A stretch of 64,000 nt of DNA from Thermoplasmatales archaeon (GTDB lineage Archaea; Thermoplasmatota; Thermoplasmata; Thermoplasmatales; Thermoplasmataceae). Under the pieces are notes generated by a model. That model had not been told where the DNA came from and made no database searches. It worked only from the letters and a program-made list of their open reading frames with translations. Below are positions 40,322 through 50,876 of this stretch, one piece after another. The first letter of the stretch is position 1. Every line of letters starts with the position of its first letter. The stretch spans positions 96,001-160,000 of the forward strand of contig DAIDBH010000019.1 in assembly GCA_027310185.1 (NCBI GenBank), written 5' to 3'. Both the position numbers and the translations under genes were made by a program.

Positions 40322-40495
40322 CTAGTATAAAATGATCCAATGATACTGAATATGTTGTTATGCTCTATCGATTTTGGATGTGAAGGAAATTATCTTACTA
40401 CCATTGATTATCACGATTTCTTATAAAATTTATAATTTCAACATAAACTTATTAGCAAATCTACAGGTTATTAAGCCAAGGAAGCAACCTATGTA

Positions 40496-41755
40496 TTACG
40501 AAGTTTTACGTGCTAAATAAAGTATGGCTGCACCTATCAAATAGAATATTCCAGAAAGAGTGAATAAAGCAGTGAAACCATCCGCTGAAGTTTGACCAAA
40601 AAATAGCAGGGCACTTCCATAAATTAATGGGGAGAATGAGGAAGCTCCAGCAATGGATAGATAAAACAGTGACATGTATTTTCCAGACTCATTTTCAGGT
40701 ATTAGATCACTTGCGACGGCAAATGAAACGCTGTAAAATGTACCGTAGGTTGCTCCAATTATTGACCCTAATATAAGAAAGATATAAAACGATCTAAAAT
40801 ATGGGATCATGAATGTTGGGATAGATGCTGCAACTGCATCAACTATTATGATATTCCATCTACCCAATCTGGTTGAGAAATGACCAAGTAGCATTGCAGA
40901 TGCGGATGATACAATGATTACAACGATTCCAGCAATTCCAACGTAAATTGCAGGATTTGAGAAATTGAGTACTTCCTTGAAGAAATACAATTCGAAGTAG
41001 GTAAGGCCGGTGATTCCAGAGAAAACAAAGAAACTTCCTGCTATCAATTTCGCGAACTTCCTCAGGTTAATTGGAAACTTTCTAATGCTGGAAATATGCG
41101 GTAGAGATATACCGGTATGGCTGTAATGAGCATCTAGAATTACCGTCCTCCTGCCATGCAATGCAAGTAATGTCCCTGTTCCAGTAATTGCGATGCCAGC
41201 TGCAATAGTGTAAAAATCATAACCTACAAATGGTGATGATATCAGGTAAGATGTAAGACCAAACCCAAGTCCAGTTCCCATAAGCGAAAAGAGACCATTT
41301 ATCCCTGCTGAAGTTCCACGCTGTTCCTTGTTCTGAATTTCTGCTAGGACTGGTTGCGTTGCTCCAATTGCCATATTTGAAAATGCCTGGAGCAGGATGT
41401 AACCTGATAGAATTCCCACTAAGGATCCAGATATAAATGGCTCTACAGAGAGGGTAAGAATTACAACAACAATACCTGCGATTATGTACGGATATCTAGA
41501 AGTCTTTCCATTCCTCAATCGATCGCTCAGTATCCCTGCGAGAAGATTTCCCATCATTCCGAATGCATTTCCAACGGATGCGGTTACTCCTAGAATAAAA
41601 CCAACCTGACGTGGATCCACAACTGCTCCTATTTGAGTCGGAAGTATAAGGGATTCAAGGGAAATCCACAGATAATTGGACCCAAGATATAGCATATTAT
41701 AGCCGAATAAAAATCGATTTTTGACTCTCTGTGATGAGTCCATTTTACAAAACAA
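40496..41755 (-). CDS. MFS transporter
   Basis: About 12 TM segments; motif-A-like GILSDRL and GHFSTRLGR. Confidence 0.88.
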   Translation of the reverse strand: MFCKMDSSQRVKNRFLFGYNMLYLGSNYLWISLESLILPTQIGAVVDPRQVGFILGVTASVGNAFGMMGNLLAGILSDRLRNGKTSRYPYIIAGIVVVILTLSVEPFISGSLVGILSGYILLQAFSNMAIGATQPVLAEIQNKEQRGTSAGINGLFSLMGTGLGFGLTSYLISSPFVGYDFYTIAAGIAITGTGTLLALHGRRTVILDAHYSHTGISLPHISSIRKFPINLRKFAKLIAGSFFVFSGITGLTYFELYFFKEVLNFSNPAIYVGIAGIVVIIVSSASAMLLGHFSTRLGRWNIIIVDAVAASIPTFMIPYFRSFYIFLILGSIIGATYGTFYSVSFAVASDLIPENESGKYMSLFYLSIAGASSFSPLIYGSALLFFGQTSADGFTALFTLSGIFYLIGAAILYLARKTS

Positions 41756-42054
41756 TATATTACACGTCTATTAAACATTTTTAAGCCAATTCGCTCTGAT
41801 AGATAGTCACAGACTACATCATTAGATTCAAGGGTTTATGCCTTATTACTTTAAAAAGTAACAATGTTAAAGATATACGTCAATTAACAGTGTGTAATAT
41901 ATCATAAAAATCATGTTAAAGCTTATCTAGACTAGTGATATTAGTACTGGACTAATGAAATGTTAACGAATATAATTATATATGACCTTAGAAGAAATGA
42001 AGTAAGAAGTGGGAAATTTAGAGATAATGATCTAAATTTATTTTATAAGGTGAG

Positions 42055-43020
42055 ATGATAATGATTAATCTATGGAATCCTTTATATGATGGCTTAATTT
42101 CTGCCCTTATAATTTCATATCTATTAGGTATTGTACATGGTATCACTCCGGATGAACACACATGGCCAATCACCTTTTCATATTCTGTAGGAAGTTACAG
42201 TACAAGAGGGGGATTTAAAGCTGGAGCAATGTTTTCGGCTGGATTTACCTTACAGAGATCAATAATGTCAGAAATAGCATACTTTGCACTTGCAGGCATT
42301 TTCATGACTGCATTAGCTTTTGGAATAACATATGTCCTAGTTGGAATAGCTATGGCCGCAGCCGGCCTCTACATAGCAAGTAGGGGTAAGTATGTTCATT
42401 TTCACTGGATAGAAGAAAATCTTGGAAAACTCTTTCATATTCACTCTAACAATGGAGCTCAGGAAGCAGAGGAAATGCAGCATGAAGCAAATCCGGTTAT
42501 TCACAATCTCAAACCAATTCCAATGAAACTCGCCTTCGCACATGGACTTATAGCAGGCTTTGGTTTTGGAGCTTTCGCGTTAATAATTTATACGGTCCTT
42601 GCACCAGCAATGCCATCACCCTGGCTTGGATTTGCTCCAGGCTTCCTGTTTGGATTGGGAACGATGACGATGCAGATCTTATTTGGAATGGGGTTCGGTA
42701 AATGGATGCAGGCAAAGAAGGATCTATCAAAAGAGGGTATTGCTTATGTGGCAAAAAGTGTTAGTAGATACGTCCTAACCTATGGCGGATATGCATTCAT
42801 AATTGTCGGTGCTGCTATCCTCGCACACCCAAACCTGATGAATTATGGAATAAACACAGGAATAAAGGTGCATAACCTTGATAGTCTGGGAGTAGGATTC
42901 TTCCTGGTGGTTTTCTCCGTCATTATAATAGGCTATATCGGATACAGAAAATCTGTAAAGGAAGCTCAGAAAACTTTCAGGTTAGGCAGGTTGAATGAAG
43001 GCAGTCCCGGTAAAACATAG
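42055..43020 (+). CDS. NiCoT/UreH-like metal transporter-type membrane protein
   Basis: LLGIVHGITPDEH, His-containing central loop, HGLIAG, GFLFGLGT. Confidence 0.6.
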   Translation: MIMINLWNPLYDGLISALIISYLLGIVHGITPDEHTWPITFSYSVGSYSTRGGFKAGAMFSAGFTLQRSIMSEIAYFALAGIFMTALAFGITYVLVGIAMAAAGLYIASRGKYVHFHWIEENLGKLFHIHSNNGAQEAEEMQHEANPVIHNLKPIPMKLAFAHGLIAGFGFGAFALIIYTVLAPAMPSPWLGFAPGFLFGLGTMTMQILFGMGFGKWMQAKKDLSKEGIAYVAKSVSRYVLTYGGYAFIIVGAAILAHPNLMNYGINTGIKVHNLDSLGVGFFLVVFSVIIIGYIGYRKSVKEAQKTFRLGRLNEGSPGKT

Positions 43021-43215
43021 GAATATAACTTCAGAGATATGTGACAGAATTTTTAGAAATATATTTCCCGGGTGAGAAAGTAATCTCACTTTATCAAAAT
43101 AAATATTAAATTCTTTTGTATTTATCCAATAAAAGACTTCTACGGCGAAGCATTGTTGTATGGGCATTTGATTAAAAAATATTTAAATATGAAGTATAAT
43201 TCTTTCTTGACAGCA

Positions 43216-44136
43216 TTACGTAGGTCTATGCCCCGATACAAACCTTCTCTTTTCAATAGCTTTTTTAATACAATATGGTGCATAGTATTCAAATAGTTTT
43301 ACCGCTTTGGTCTTTAATGATAAAGAAATCTCATCTCTTTTAAATAAGAATCTTAACAATTCACTCAAGGATAATTTTTCTGGTTTCTTCTGTTTTGCAA
43401 TTATAGAATAAATGTTTAGATTCAACCTAAATTTTATGGACATATTTAATAGAATCTCCTTAACATGTTCTGTTTTTACTCTTTCTGAGAAGGTCTTTAT
43501 GTTATCTAAAAATTCCTGAGAATCCTGGCCATAATGAAGAATTGTTTCATCAAATGTGCCCTTGAATACTGAACTGCTGACATGTAACATATAAATAGTC
43601 AACGGCCTCTTGTCTACAGCAATTTTCCCTCCAGTATCAAGACATGCAAGGTACATGAACGTATCCAGTCCAACAGAAGAATCTAAAATTAAGTCTTGAT
43701 CGATAGAACTTTTTCTAATAGATATTGAAGAGAGGTTAAAGTCTGGTCCAAATCCCCCATACTTGAGGAATTTTCCATCCTCATCAATAAACTTACAGGC
43801 ATTATGAAAATATACCAGGTTTTTATTATCTGAAAATTCCTGCAATACTGTTTTTAATTTTTCATCATAGAAAGCATCATCATCTTCAAGAAATGAAATA
43901 ATATCATACTTTGACAGCATTACTGCTTCTTTTATCTTCCTGCTAAGTGACTTATTCTCACTGTATACATTTTTATCGCAATTCTGATCAATATATTCGT
44001 CTATTTCCTGGTCTTTGTAGTTCTTTATTACGATGATCTCAAATTCTTTCCTATTAAGTGACTGACTTATCACACTATTGATTGCTTTCTTTATATATTT
44101 TCTTCTATCATAGGCAATTATTATTACTGATATCAT
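43216..44136 (-). CDS. Glycosyltransferase family 2
   Basis: ISVIIIAYDR, FEIIVI, SFLEDDD. Confidence 0.85.
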   Translation of the reverse strand: MISVIIIAYDRRKYIKKAINSVISQSLNRKEFEIIVIKNYKDQEIDEYIDQNCDKNVYSENKSLSRKIKEAVMLSKYDIISFLEDDDAFYDEKLKTVLQEFSDNKNLVYFHNACKFIDEDGKFLKYGGFGPDFNLSSISIRKSSIDQDLILDSSVGLDTFMYLACLDTGGKIAVDKRPLTIYMLHVSSSVFKGTFDETILHYGQDSQEFLDNIKTFSERVKTEHVKEILLNMSIKFRLNLNIYSIIAKQKKPEKLSLSELLRFLFKRDEISLSLKTKAVKLFEYYAPYCIKKAIEKRRFVSGHRPT

Positions 44137-44319
44137 GGCGTTCGCTCTCAACCTGATTGGCATAAATTATGGTAATAAAGTCTTTTCAGTTTTCAATTCA
44201 GATTGAGCTACAGTTTATTTATTATTGCGATTCCACTATCGAATTACGGTCTATGTATGTATATCATGGGTAAAATTAAGGCTGGAAAACATTAAACCTT
44301 TAACTGTAATGCTACCTAA

Positions 44320-45264
44320 ATGATCTCAGCGTTCATGGTAATTAGAAATGGCATCTCCCAGGGATATCCGTTTATAGAATCTATAAAATCTGCTCTACCC
44401 ATAGTCGATGAATTCCTCATTTCTGACGGGTACTCAGATGATAATACCTATGAAACTCTTTTAAAATGCTTTGGAAACGAAAAAAAAATAAAACTTTATA
44501 GGGATAAGTGGGATAAAAAAAGTATCAACGGTTCTCCCATAAGAAATGCACTTAATAAGGTGCGATATAGATGTTCATTTGAATATATTTTAGAAATTGA
44601 TGCAAATGAAGTCATTCCGAAAGAGGATATAGAATTTATAAGAGGACTTCCTGCACTCTTTCCCAAAGAGGAGTTGTTTGGATTTCCATACTACCAGATT
44701 TTAGGTAGTAGCATACTGTTCCATGAAGAATTTCGATATAGAATGGCAAGGAACCTCAGTGATATTTGCGTACTTTACGACGGCTATACCATGGGATACA
44801 GATATACAATAAAAGAACTAATCAACAGGAGAACATTGAGGAGGTTGAAAAGTAGATTTACAACAATGATTGCTGAGGGGAGGCAAGTAGGGCTGTCAAT
44901 TCCGCAGGTTACTATATATTTAAGCAAACCTATATTTCGTTATTATTCATTATTTCCATATAATTTTTTTGAGAAAATGAAATCAAAGCAATTCTTGCAG
45001 CCTTTAAAAAATTATAAAATTATAGGGAATAAGGATGGCAATTCACCATTTAAGGCGCCTTATGATCAGTACCTGATCGATAATAACTATGAAAAATTTT
45101 GGGAAGACGTGTACGAAATCCATAAGGACCTAAAGAAAGAGGGCGTTAAGTTCAACAAAGAGTTTATTGAAAAGAGGATTATTGATGAAATTGAGCAACC
45201 TGAGATTATCAGACATCAGTTCGGAAAGGACAGGTATGAACCAAATTGTGAGATTCAAAAATAA
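44320..45264 (+). CDS. Glycosyltransferase family 2-like protein
   Basis: VIRNG...YPFIESI, SDGYSDDNT, IDANE. Confidence 0.78.
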   Translation: MISAFMVIRNGISQGYPFIESIKSALPIVDEFLISDGYSDDNTYETLLKCFGNEKKIKLYRDKWDKKSINGSPIRNALNKVRYRCSFEYILEIDANEVIPKEDIEFIRGLPALFPKEELFGFPYYQILGSSILFHEEFRYRMARNLSDICVLYDGYTMGYRYTIKELINRRTLRRLKSRFTTMIAEGRQVGLSIPQVTIYLSKPIFRYYSLFPYNFFEKMKSKQFLQPLKNYKIIGNKDGNSPFKAPYDQYLIDNNYEKFWEDVYEIHKDLKKEGVKFNKEFIEKRIIDEIEQPEIIRHQFGKDRYEPNCEIQK

Positions 45265-45372
45265 AACTGGCATAAAGGATTTTATCCTATCGTCACGGTC
45301 ATAATAAAATCTAAAAGGAGTTATGAGGATTACCCTGCAAGAATACTGATAAATCAATAAATATATATTACC

Positions 45373-45822
45373 ATGACATACATTCAGGTGAATCTAAAAG
45401 AATCTCTAAGTAACGATCACAAGGACGTATTTGTTACATTGTATAAAATAGAAGAAGGATTGAAAAATGGAGAACTTGATCTGGATTTATTCGAGGAGTT
45501 TGAAAGGAAACTTAAAGATCATATCTATACTGAAGAAACTTTGGTCTTCCCCATGTTATTGACAGAGTTAGACTTAAGAAAGGAAGTTTCTGGATTTGAG
45601 ATGGAACACGCGGCTATGTGGAGATTAATTGATCTTATAAATAAAGAAATTGATGAGAAAAAGTTTGAAAAGACTCTCAAATATTTTGACGAAATAGATA
45701 GAATACTAAAGAATCATAACGAAAGAGAGGAGGAATACATCTATTCTAAAATAGAGGAAGGTTCGGTACAGAAGAAATCAAAGAGACCTGAAAACTGGAA
45801 GTGCACAAAATTCTCGAAGTAG
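45373..45822 (+). CDS. Hemerythrin-like (HHE) domain protein
   Basis: DH, HIYTEE, EH, HNEREE. Confidence 0.85.
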   Translation: MTYIQVNLKESLSNDHKDVFVTLYKIEEGLKNGELDLDLFEEFERKLKDHIYTEETLVFPMLLTELDLRKEVSGFEMEHAAMWRLIDLINKEIDEKKFEKTLKYFDEIDRILKNHNEREEEYIYSKIEEGSVQKKSKRPENWKCTKFSK

Positions 45823-45924
45823 ATCAATTATTTTTTTCACTAAGTTCTATGAACTTTTGGCTTTACAGGTTCTCTGCTTAATAAAAAGGTTAAAGCATAT
45901 ATCCATTAATTAAATTATCTCATC

Positions 45925-47643
45925 ATGACCCAGATAGATAATTTCTACAAAAAGAAATTTGAAGAAGCTGAAAAGAGGGCCAGTAAACCTGAGGATTCAA
46001 AAGAGAAGAGATGGAGAAACTCTACACTGGAAACATGGAACAGTAAAACCGGTTACAGTGAGAAAGAATATGTTAATTCATCCAGCATAAGAATTAAAGA
46101 ACTTTACACATCTGATGACCTTCCCGGCAATGAAGAAACCATGCTGGGATATCCTGGCGAGTATCCATTCACCCGGGGAGTGTATCCTAACATGTACCGA
46201 GGAAAATACTGGACGATGAGGATGTTTTCAGGTTTTGGCACCCCAGAAGATACCAATACTAGATTAAAATACCTTATTTCTCATGGAGAAACAGGCCTAA
46301 GTATAGCATTTGACATGCCAACTCTGTATGCGTATGACTGTGATAACATCCGGGCAGAAGGGGAAATTGGTAAGTGTGGTGTAAATGTAACATCGCTAAA
46401 GGACATGGAAGTAGTTTTTGACGGAATAGATCTTTCTAAGGTAACAACGTCAATGACCATAAATGCCCCTGCAGCCGTTCTTACCGCTATGTATTTTGCA
46501 ATAGCGCAGAAGCAGGGAATAAGCCTTGATAAAATAGGTGGAACTGTACAGGCCGATATATTGAAGGAATATATAGCCCAGAAAGAATGGATATATCCAC
46601 CAGAAGCCCACCTGAGAATTATAAAAGATATGATGGTTTACTGCACAGAAAATGCTCCAAAATGGAACTACATAAGTATTTCTGGATACCACATAAGGGA
46701 GGCTGGAGCAAGTGCTGTTCAGGAACTTGCATTCACACTTGCCGACGGATTTTATTACGTGGACATGGGGATAAAGGCAGGGCTTGATCCAAATAAATTT
46801 GCACCGAGACTGTCATTCTTCTTTAATTCTTCCATTAATCTCTTTGAAGAGATAGCTAAAATGAGGGCAGCAAGAAGAATATGGGCAACAGTTCTGAAGG
46901 AGAAATTTGGAGTGACTGACCCGAGGGCACAGATGCTTCGTTTTCACACCCAAACATCCGGATATACATTAACATGGCAGCAACCGCTCAATAACATCGT
47001 CAGAACAACTGTTGAAGCTATGGCAGCTGTTCTGGGGGGAACTCAAAGTTTGCACACCAATTCATATGATGAAGCAATGGCACTGCCATCTGAAGATGCT
47101 GTGAAGATAGCACTCAGAACGCAGCAGATTCTGGCAGAGGAAACTGGAATAGCCGATACCATTGACCCACTCGCAGGTTCATACTACATGGAAGCATTAA
47201 CAAACAAGATAGAAGAGGAAGCCTACAGGTATTTTGACAAGATTGAATCAATGGGTGGAATCCTCAACGCAGTAAAGAATGGGTATATACAGAGGGAAAT
47301 AGCTGCAACATCCTACAGGAGACAGAAAAGACTGGAATCCGGAGAGGAAATAATGGTTGGAGTGAATAAGTATGTTGAAGAGAATGAGAAACCAATCAAT
47401 ATCCTGAAGATATCAAGGGAAGCAGAGCAAATACAGATTGCGAGATTGAAAAAGGTTAAGGAGTCGAGGAATGAGGAAAAAGTTAAGAAAACACTGGATG
47501 AATTGAAGAATGCATTCAGAAACGAGAGTGAAAATATAATGCCCTATCTTATTGAAGCTGCAAAGGCATATGCTACGATAGAGGAAATATCAAACGTTGG
47601 GAGGGAAATATATGGTGGATGGAAAGAACCAGTCATTGTTTAA
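45925..47643 (+). CDS. B12-dependent acyl-CoA mutase large subunit (isobutyryl-CoA-mutase-type residues)
   Basis: PGEYPFTRG, WTMRMFSGF, QADILKEYIAQKEW, SGYHIREAG, SLHTNSYDEA. Confidence 0.92.
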   Translation: MTQIDNFYKKKFEEAEKRASKPEDSKEKRWRNSTLETWNSKTGYSEKEYVNSSSIRIKELYTSDDLPGNEETMLGYPGEYPFTRGVYPNMYRGKYWTMRMFSGFGTPEDTNTRLKYLISHGETGLSIAFDMPTLYAYDCDNIRAEGEIGKCGVNVTSLKDMEVVFDGIDLSKVTTSMTINAPAAVLTAMYFAIAQKQGISLDKIGGTVQADILKEYIAQKEWIYPPEAHLRIIKDMMVYCTENAPKWNYISISGYHIREAGASAVQELAFTLADGFYYVDMGIKAGLDPNKFAPRLSFFFNSSINLFEEIAKMRAARRIWATVLKEKFGVTDPRAQMLRFHTQTSGYTLTWQQPLNNIVRTTVEAMAAVLGGTQSLHTNSYDEAMALPSEDAVKIALRTQQILAEETGIADTIDPLAGSYYMEALTNKIEEEAYRYFDKIESMGGILNAVKNGYIQREIAATSYRRQKRLESGEEIMVGVNKYVEENEKPINILKISREAEQIQIARLKKVKESRNEEKVKKTLDELKNAFRNESENIMPYLIEAAKAYATIEEISNVGREIYGGWKEPVIV

Positions 47644-48058
47644 GGATAAACCGATAAAAATACTACTCGCCAAACCAGGGATTGATGGGCATGACAGGGG
47701 GATACTTGTCCTCGCTAAGGCTTTCAGGGATGCCGGAATGGAAGTACTTTATGCTGGGCTTCTTCCAACACCTGAAGAGGTGATAGATACTGCGGTTAAT
47801 GAAGATGTAGATGTTGTTGCATTGAGCTTATTGAACGGGGCCCATATGACAGTTTTCAAGAAGGTAGCTGAAATAATGAAATCAAGAAATATAGATGATA
47901 TAGCACTTGTTGGGGGAGGAACAATACCGGATGAGGATAAGCCCGAGCTCGAAAAAATGGGGATAACTGGTAATTACGGACCCGGTACGCCACTATCAGT
48001 TATTATCGATCATGTGACTAAAAGGGCAAATGAAGCAAGGGAAAGGAAGCTCAGGTGA
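47612..48058 (+). CDS. Acyl-CoA mutase cobalamin-binding small subunit
   Basis: KPGIDGHDRG (DxHxxG), VGGGTIP; exact start uncertain. Confidence 0.9.
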   Translation: MVDGKNQSLFKDKPIKILLAKPGIDGHDRGILVLAKAFRDAGMEVLYAGLLPTPEEVIDTAVNEDVDVVALSLLNGAHMTVFKKVAEIMKSRNIDDIALVGGGTIPDEDKPELEKMGITGNYGPGTPLSVIIDHVTKRANEARERKLR

Positions 48059-49007
48059 TTTCACGGATATAGATGATCTGATCAGAAGGATTAGAACTGG
48101 AGATAAGCAGGCAATAGCGAGGTCCATTTCACTTGTTGAAGGAGCGAATACAGTTCTCAAGAAGGAACTTCTTACTAAACTTTACCCATACACGGGTCAT
48201 TCTCAGGTAGTAGGTATTACGGGCCCTCCTGGAATAGGTAAAAGCACTCTTATCGGGAATGTATCCTCACTGATCACGAATTCTGGAAAGACTGTTGCAG
48301 TACTTGCTATTGACGCCTCAAGTCCATATACGGGTGGTTCGTTATTAGGAAACAGGATCAGAATGCAGGATCATCTATGGGAAAATAAGATTTACATGAG
48401 GAGTCTGGCAAATAGGGGTTCAAAGGGTGGGCTTGCTGATGCAGCTCTCGGTTCTGTGAGTATTCTTGATGCATCTGGTTTTGATTACATAATTATAGAA
48501 ACTGTTGGTGCCGGTCAGGCTGATCTTGACATAATGAATCTTGCTGATACAACTGTACTTGTCCTCGCACCTGGACTTGGAGATCAGGTACAGGCTATTA
48601 AAGCTGGAATAATGGAAATTGCAGACATTTTTGACATAAATAAGATGGACAGGGATGGTGCCTATTTTGCAATGAAAGACATAGAGGAAACGCTGTCACT
48701 TGATGAGAATAGGGGATTTGCTAGAGAGGTGGTCGGTTCAACTAACACGAGCCCTGAAAGTTACAAAGGGCTTCTTGAAGCCATCAATAGACACAGAAAA
48801 TATCTCGAAGATATGGAATCTCTGGGAAAGAAAAGGCTTGATTTCGGATTGAAGTGGGTACTAGAATCGGAGCTCAAGGAAAAACTGATAGACCCTATCA
48901 TTCAGAAATTTCACCAGAGGGAAAACGAAAAAAATGTCAATTATTATAAAGAGGTAGATTTCTTAATTGCGAGTATGGATATAAGAAATCTATTAGAAAA
49001 AATATAG
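48030..49007 (+). CDS. meaB: MeaB/ArgK-family mutase chaperone GTPase
   Basis: GITGPPGIGKST, GGSLLGNRIRM, ETVGAGQ, KAGIME, NKMD. Confidence 0.9.
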   Translation: MKQGKGSSGDFTDIDDLIRRIRTGDKQAIARSISLVEGANTVLKKELLTKLYPYTGHSQVVGITGPPGIGKSTLIGNVSSLITNSGKTVAVLAIDASSPYTGGSLLGNRIRMQDHLWENKIYMRSLANRGSKGGLADAALGSVSILDASGFDYIIIETVGAGQADLDIMNLADTTVLVLAPGLGDQVQAIKAGIMEIADIFDINKMDRDGAYFAMKDIEETLSLDENRGFAREVVGSTNTSPESYKGLLEAINRHRKYLEDMESLGKKRLDFGLKWVLESELKEKLIDPIIQKFHQRENEKNVNYYKEVDFLIASMDIRNLLEKI

Positions 49008-49319
49008 TATCTAAGAACATCATTATCTTTCTTACATTAAATTTCCTGCATAAACCACTTTTTCCGGAAATAGTTGGCAGAACTTTCACCATCGATAAAT
49101 ATCTGGTATATTTTAAAAACCTAGGTAAACCATTTTTGTACGGTAGCGATATAAAAAATTTACATAGATAGCTTTTTAACGTTGCTTAATAGTTCATATA
49201 GCTTGAGAAATTAAAGAAAACTTAAGTCATGTTAAGATCCTTCTAATGACTCAAATTAATTTTTTCTGTATTTATTTTCCTTAATAAAGCTTTAAATAAG
49301 TTATTGAAATATTTAGTTT

Positions 49320-49709
49320 ATGACTACAATTTATGGACCGTTGAAATTTATGGCTGATGAATTCATGAAGAATGTGAATGAAAGGGCGAAAGAAGTTCTT
49401 ACCTATCTTTATCCACCAGTTAGAATGTATGAAGAGAATGGGGAGATTGTAATTGAGGCAGATATGCCTGGATTCGACAAGAAAGATATAAAGGTAACTT
49501 CAAGCAAGATGTCCATAGAGATTTCAGCATCAAGAAAATCTCCAGAAAATGTCAACATGCTACTTGACCAAAGACCCGATAAACTCTGGAAATCGGTAAG
49601 GCTTCCTGTTGAGCTTGATCACGATGCTGCGGTTTCTGCGAAATACACATCAGGAGTTCTTTACATAAGGGCGCCAATTAAGGGCTTAAAGACAGTAAAG
49701 ATAGAATGA
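49320..49709 (+). CDS. Small heat shock protein (Hsp20/alpha-crystallin)
   Basis: PPVRMYE, EADMPGFDKKDIKV, AKYTSGVL. Confidence 0.9.
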   Translation: MTTIYGPLKFMADEFMKNVNERAKEVLTYLYPPVRMYEENGEIVIEADMPGFDKKDIKVTSSKMSIEISASRKSPENVNMLLDQRPDKLWKSVRLPVELDHDAAVSAKYTSGVLYIRAPIKGLKTVKIE

Positions 49710-49788
49710 GAATTCTATTATTCTTTTATTTTTATTTTAAGCAGTAACTTTATACATAGTTATTTAAAGTCTGACAATATATACTATT

Positions 49789-50169
49789 ATGGATTTATTA
49801 GGAATGCTTAGCGTTGCCACAATGACGGCTACGAGCTCGACAGGTTCCCTTACTCTGTCATCGGTTCTAAGTAATCCGCTGGTTGAACTGGCACTAATAT
49901 TCATAGATGGATTACTGTTTGGATTGGGAATTAAGAAGGGTGTATGGTCGGTCATCCTTATAGTAGTTGCAGTGCTCTTATCAGAATACATCAACTATTC
50001 AGTATTGCCAAAAGCTTCCCTGTCTACATTCTATGACGATGTAAAAGCTCACATAGATTACATAATTGCAAATATTAACAAGATAATCCCGTTTTCCAAT
50101 TTGGGTGCGGTTTCAATATCGCTGATACTGTTCATCGTGGGTTTTATAGTCGGATATCTTAAAGGATGA
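49789..50169 (+). CDS. Small membrane protein, FUN14-like
   Basis: GLLFGLGIKKG helix, second TM, amphipathic segment, C-terminal GFIVGYLKG. Confidence 0.55.
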   Translation: MDLLGMLSVATMTATSSTGSLTLSSVLSNPLVELALIFIDGLLFGLGIKKGVWSVILIVVAVLLSEYINYSVLPKASLSTFYDDVKAHIDYIIANINKIIPFSNLGAVSISLILFIVGFIVGYLKG

Positions 50170-50268
50170 GAAAATTCTTGTATCCAACTAGATTACGTTT
50201 GAAATTTTTCTTTTTCAGTCAAACAAAGGAAAACCTTTTATTCTAATTTAAATTGATTTGATGATCAT

Positions 50269-50871
50269 ATGCCTTTATTTAATAGTAGAAAACCGAAAGG
50301 TCTCGAAAGCCTTTCTCCCGATGAACTTGAAAATTTGATTCAGCAGACGAGGACTGAGATTTCCCTTATAGAGAAGGATAATGAGAGAAAACAGGAAAAG
50401 TTTAATTCACTAATGAAAGAGGGTAGCAAGGTTTCTGGTTCAAAAAGAGTTCAGATTGCACAGGAACTTGAGTTACTGGAAAGGAAAATTCACTCCAATG
50501 AGAACCAGATCATGAACCATACAAAGAGAATTGAGCTGATGCAGGAGGTAAAGGAATCAAAGACTTCCGTTTCATCAAGCAGTATAGATACAATCATTTC
50601 GAGGACTGATTCCAATGCAATTAAAACGAACATTCTTCAATCCAAAACAAAAAGTAAGGTGGCCCTTCAGAAGACGGATGATCTCCTGAACACAGTAAGA
50701 GACCTCCAAATTGAAGATGATCAGGGTGCCTCTGTCATGGGTAGCAAGTATATGGAGATGTTCAAGGAAATGGACAGGAATGATAACTCACTTAAGCCTG
50801 GAAAAGTTAAGAAATCAGATGTGGAAGAAAACACCGGAGAAGATACAGAAGGTGATGTAAAAGGGGAGTGA
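50269..50871 (+). CDS. ESCRT-III/Snf7-like coiled-coil protein 1
   Basis: N-terminal MPLFNSRK, long helical hairpin (about aa 17-97), acidic tail; directly upstream of Vps4-like ATPase. Confidence 0.6.
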   Translation: MPLFNSRKPKGLESLSPDELENLIQQTRTEISLIEKDNERKQEKFNSLMKEGSKVSGSKRVQIAQELELLERKIHSNENQIMNHTKRIELMQEVKESKTSVSSSSIDTIISRTDSNAIKTNILQSKTKSKVALQKTDDLLNTVRDLQIEDDQGASVMGSKYMEMFKEMDRNDNSLKPGKVKKSDVEENTGEDTEGDVKGE

Positions 50872-50876
50872 AATAA

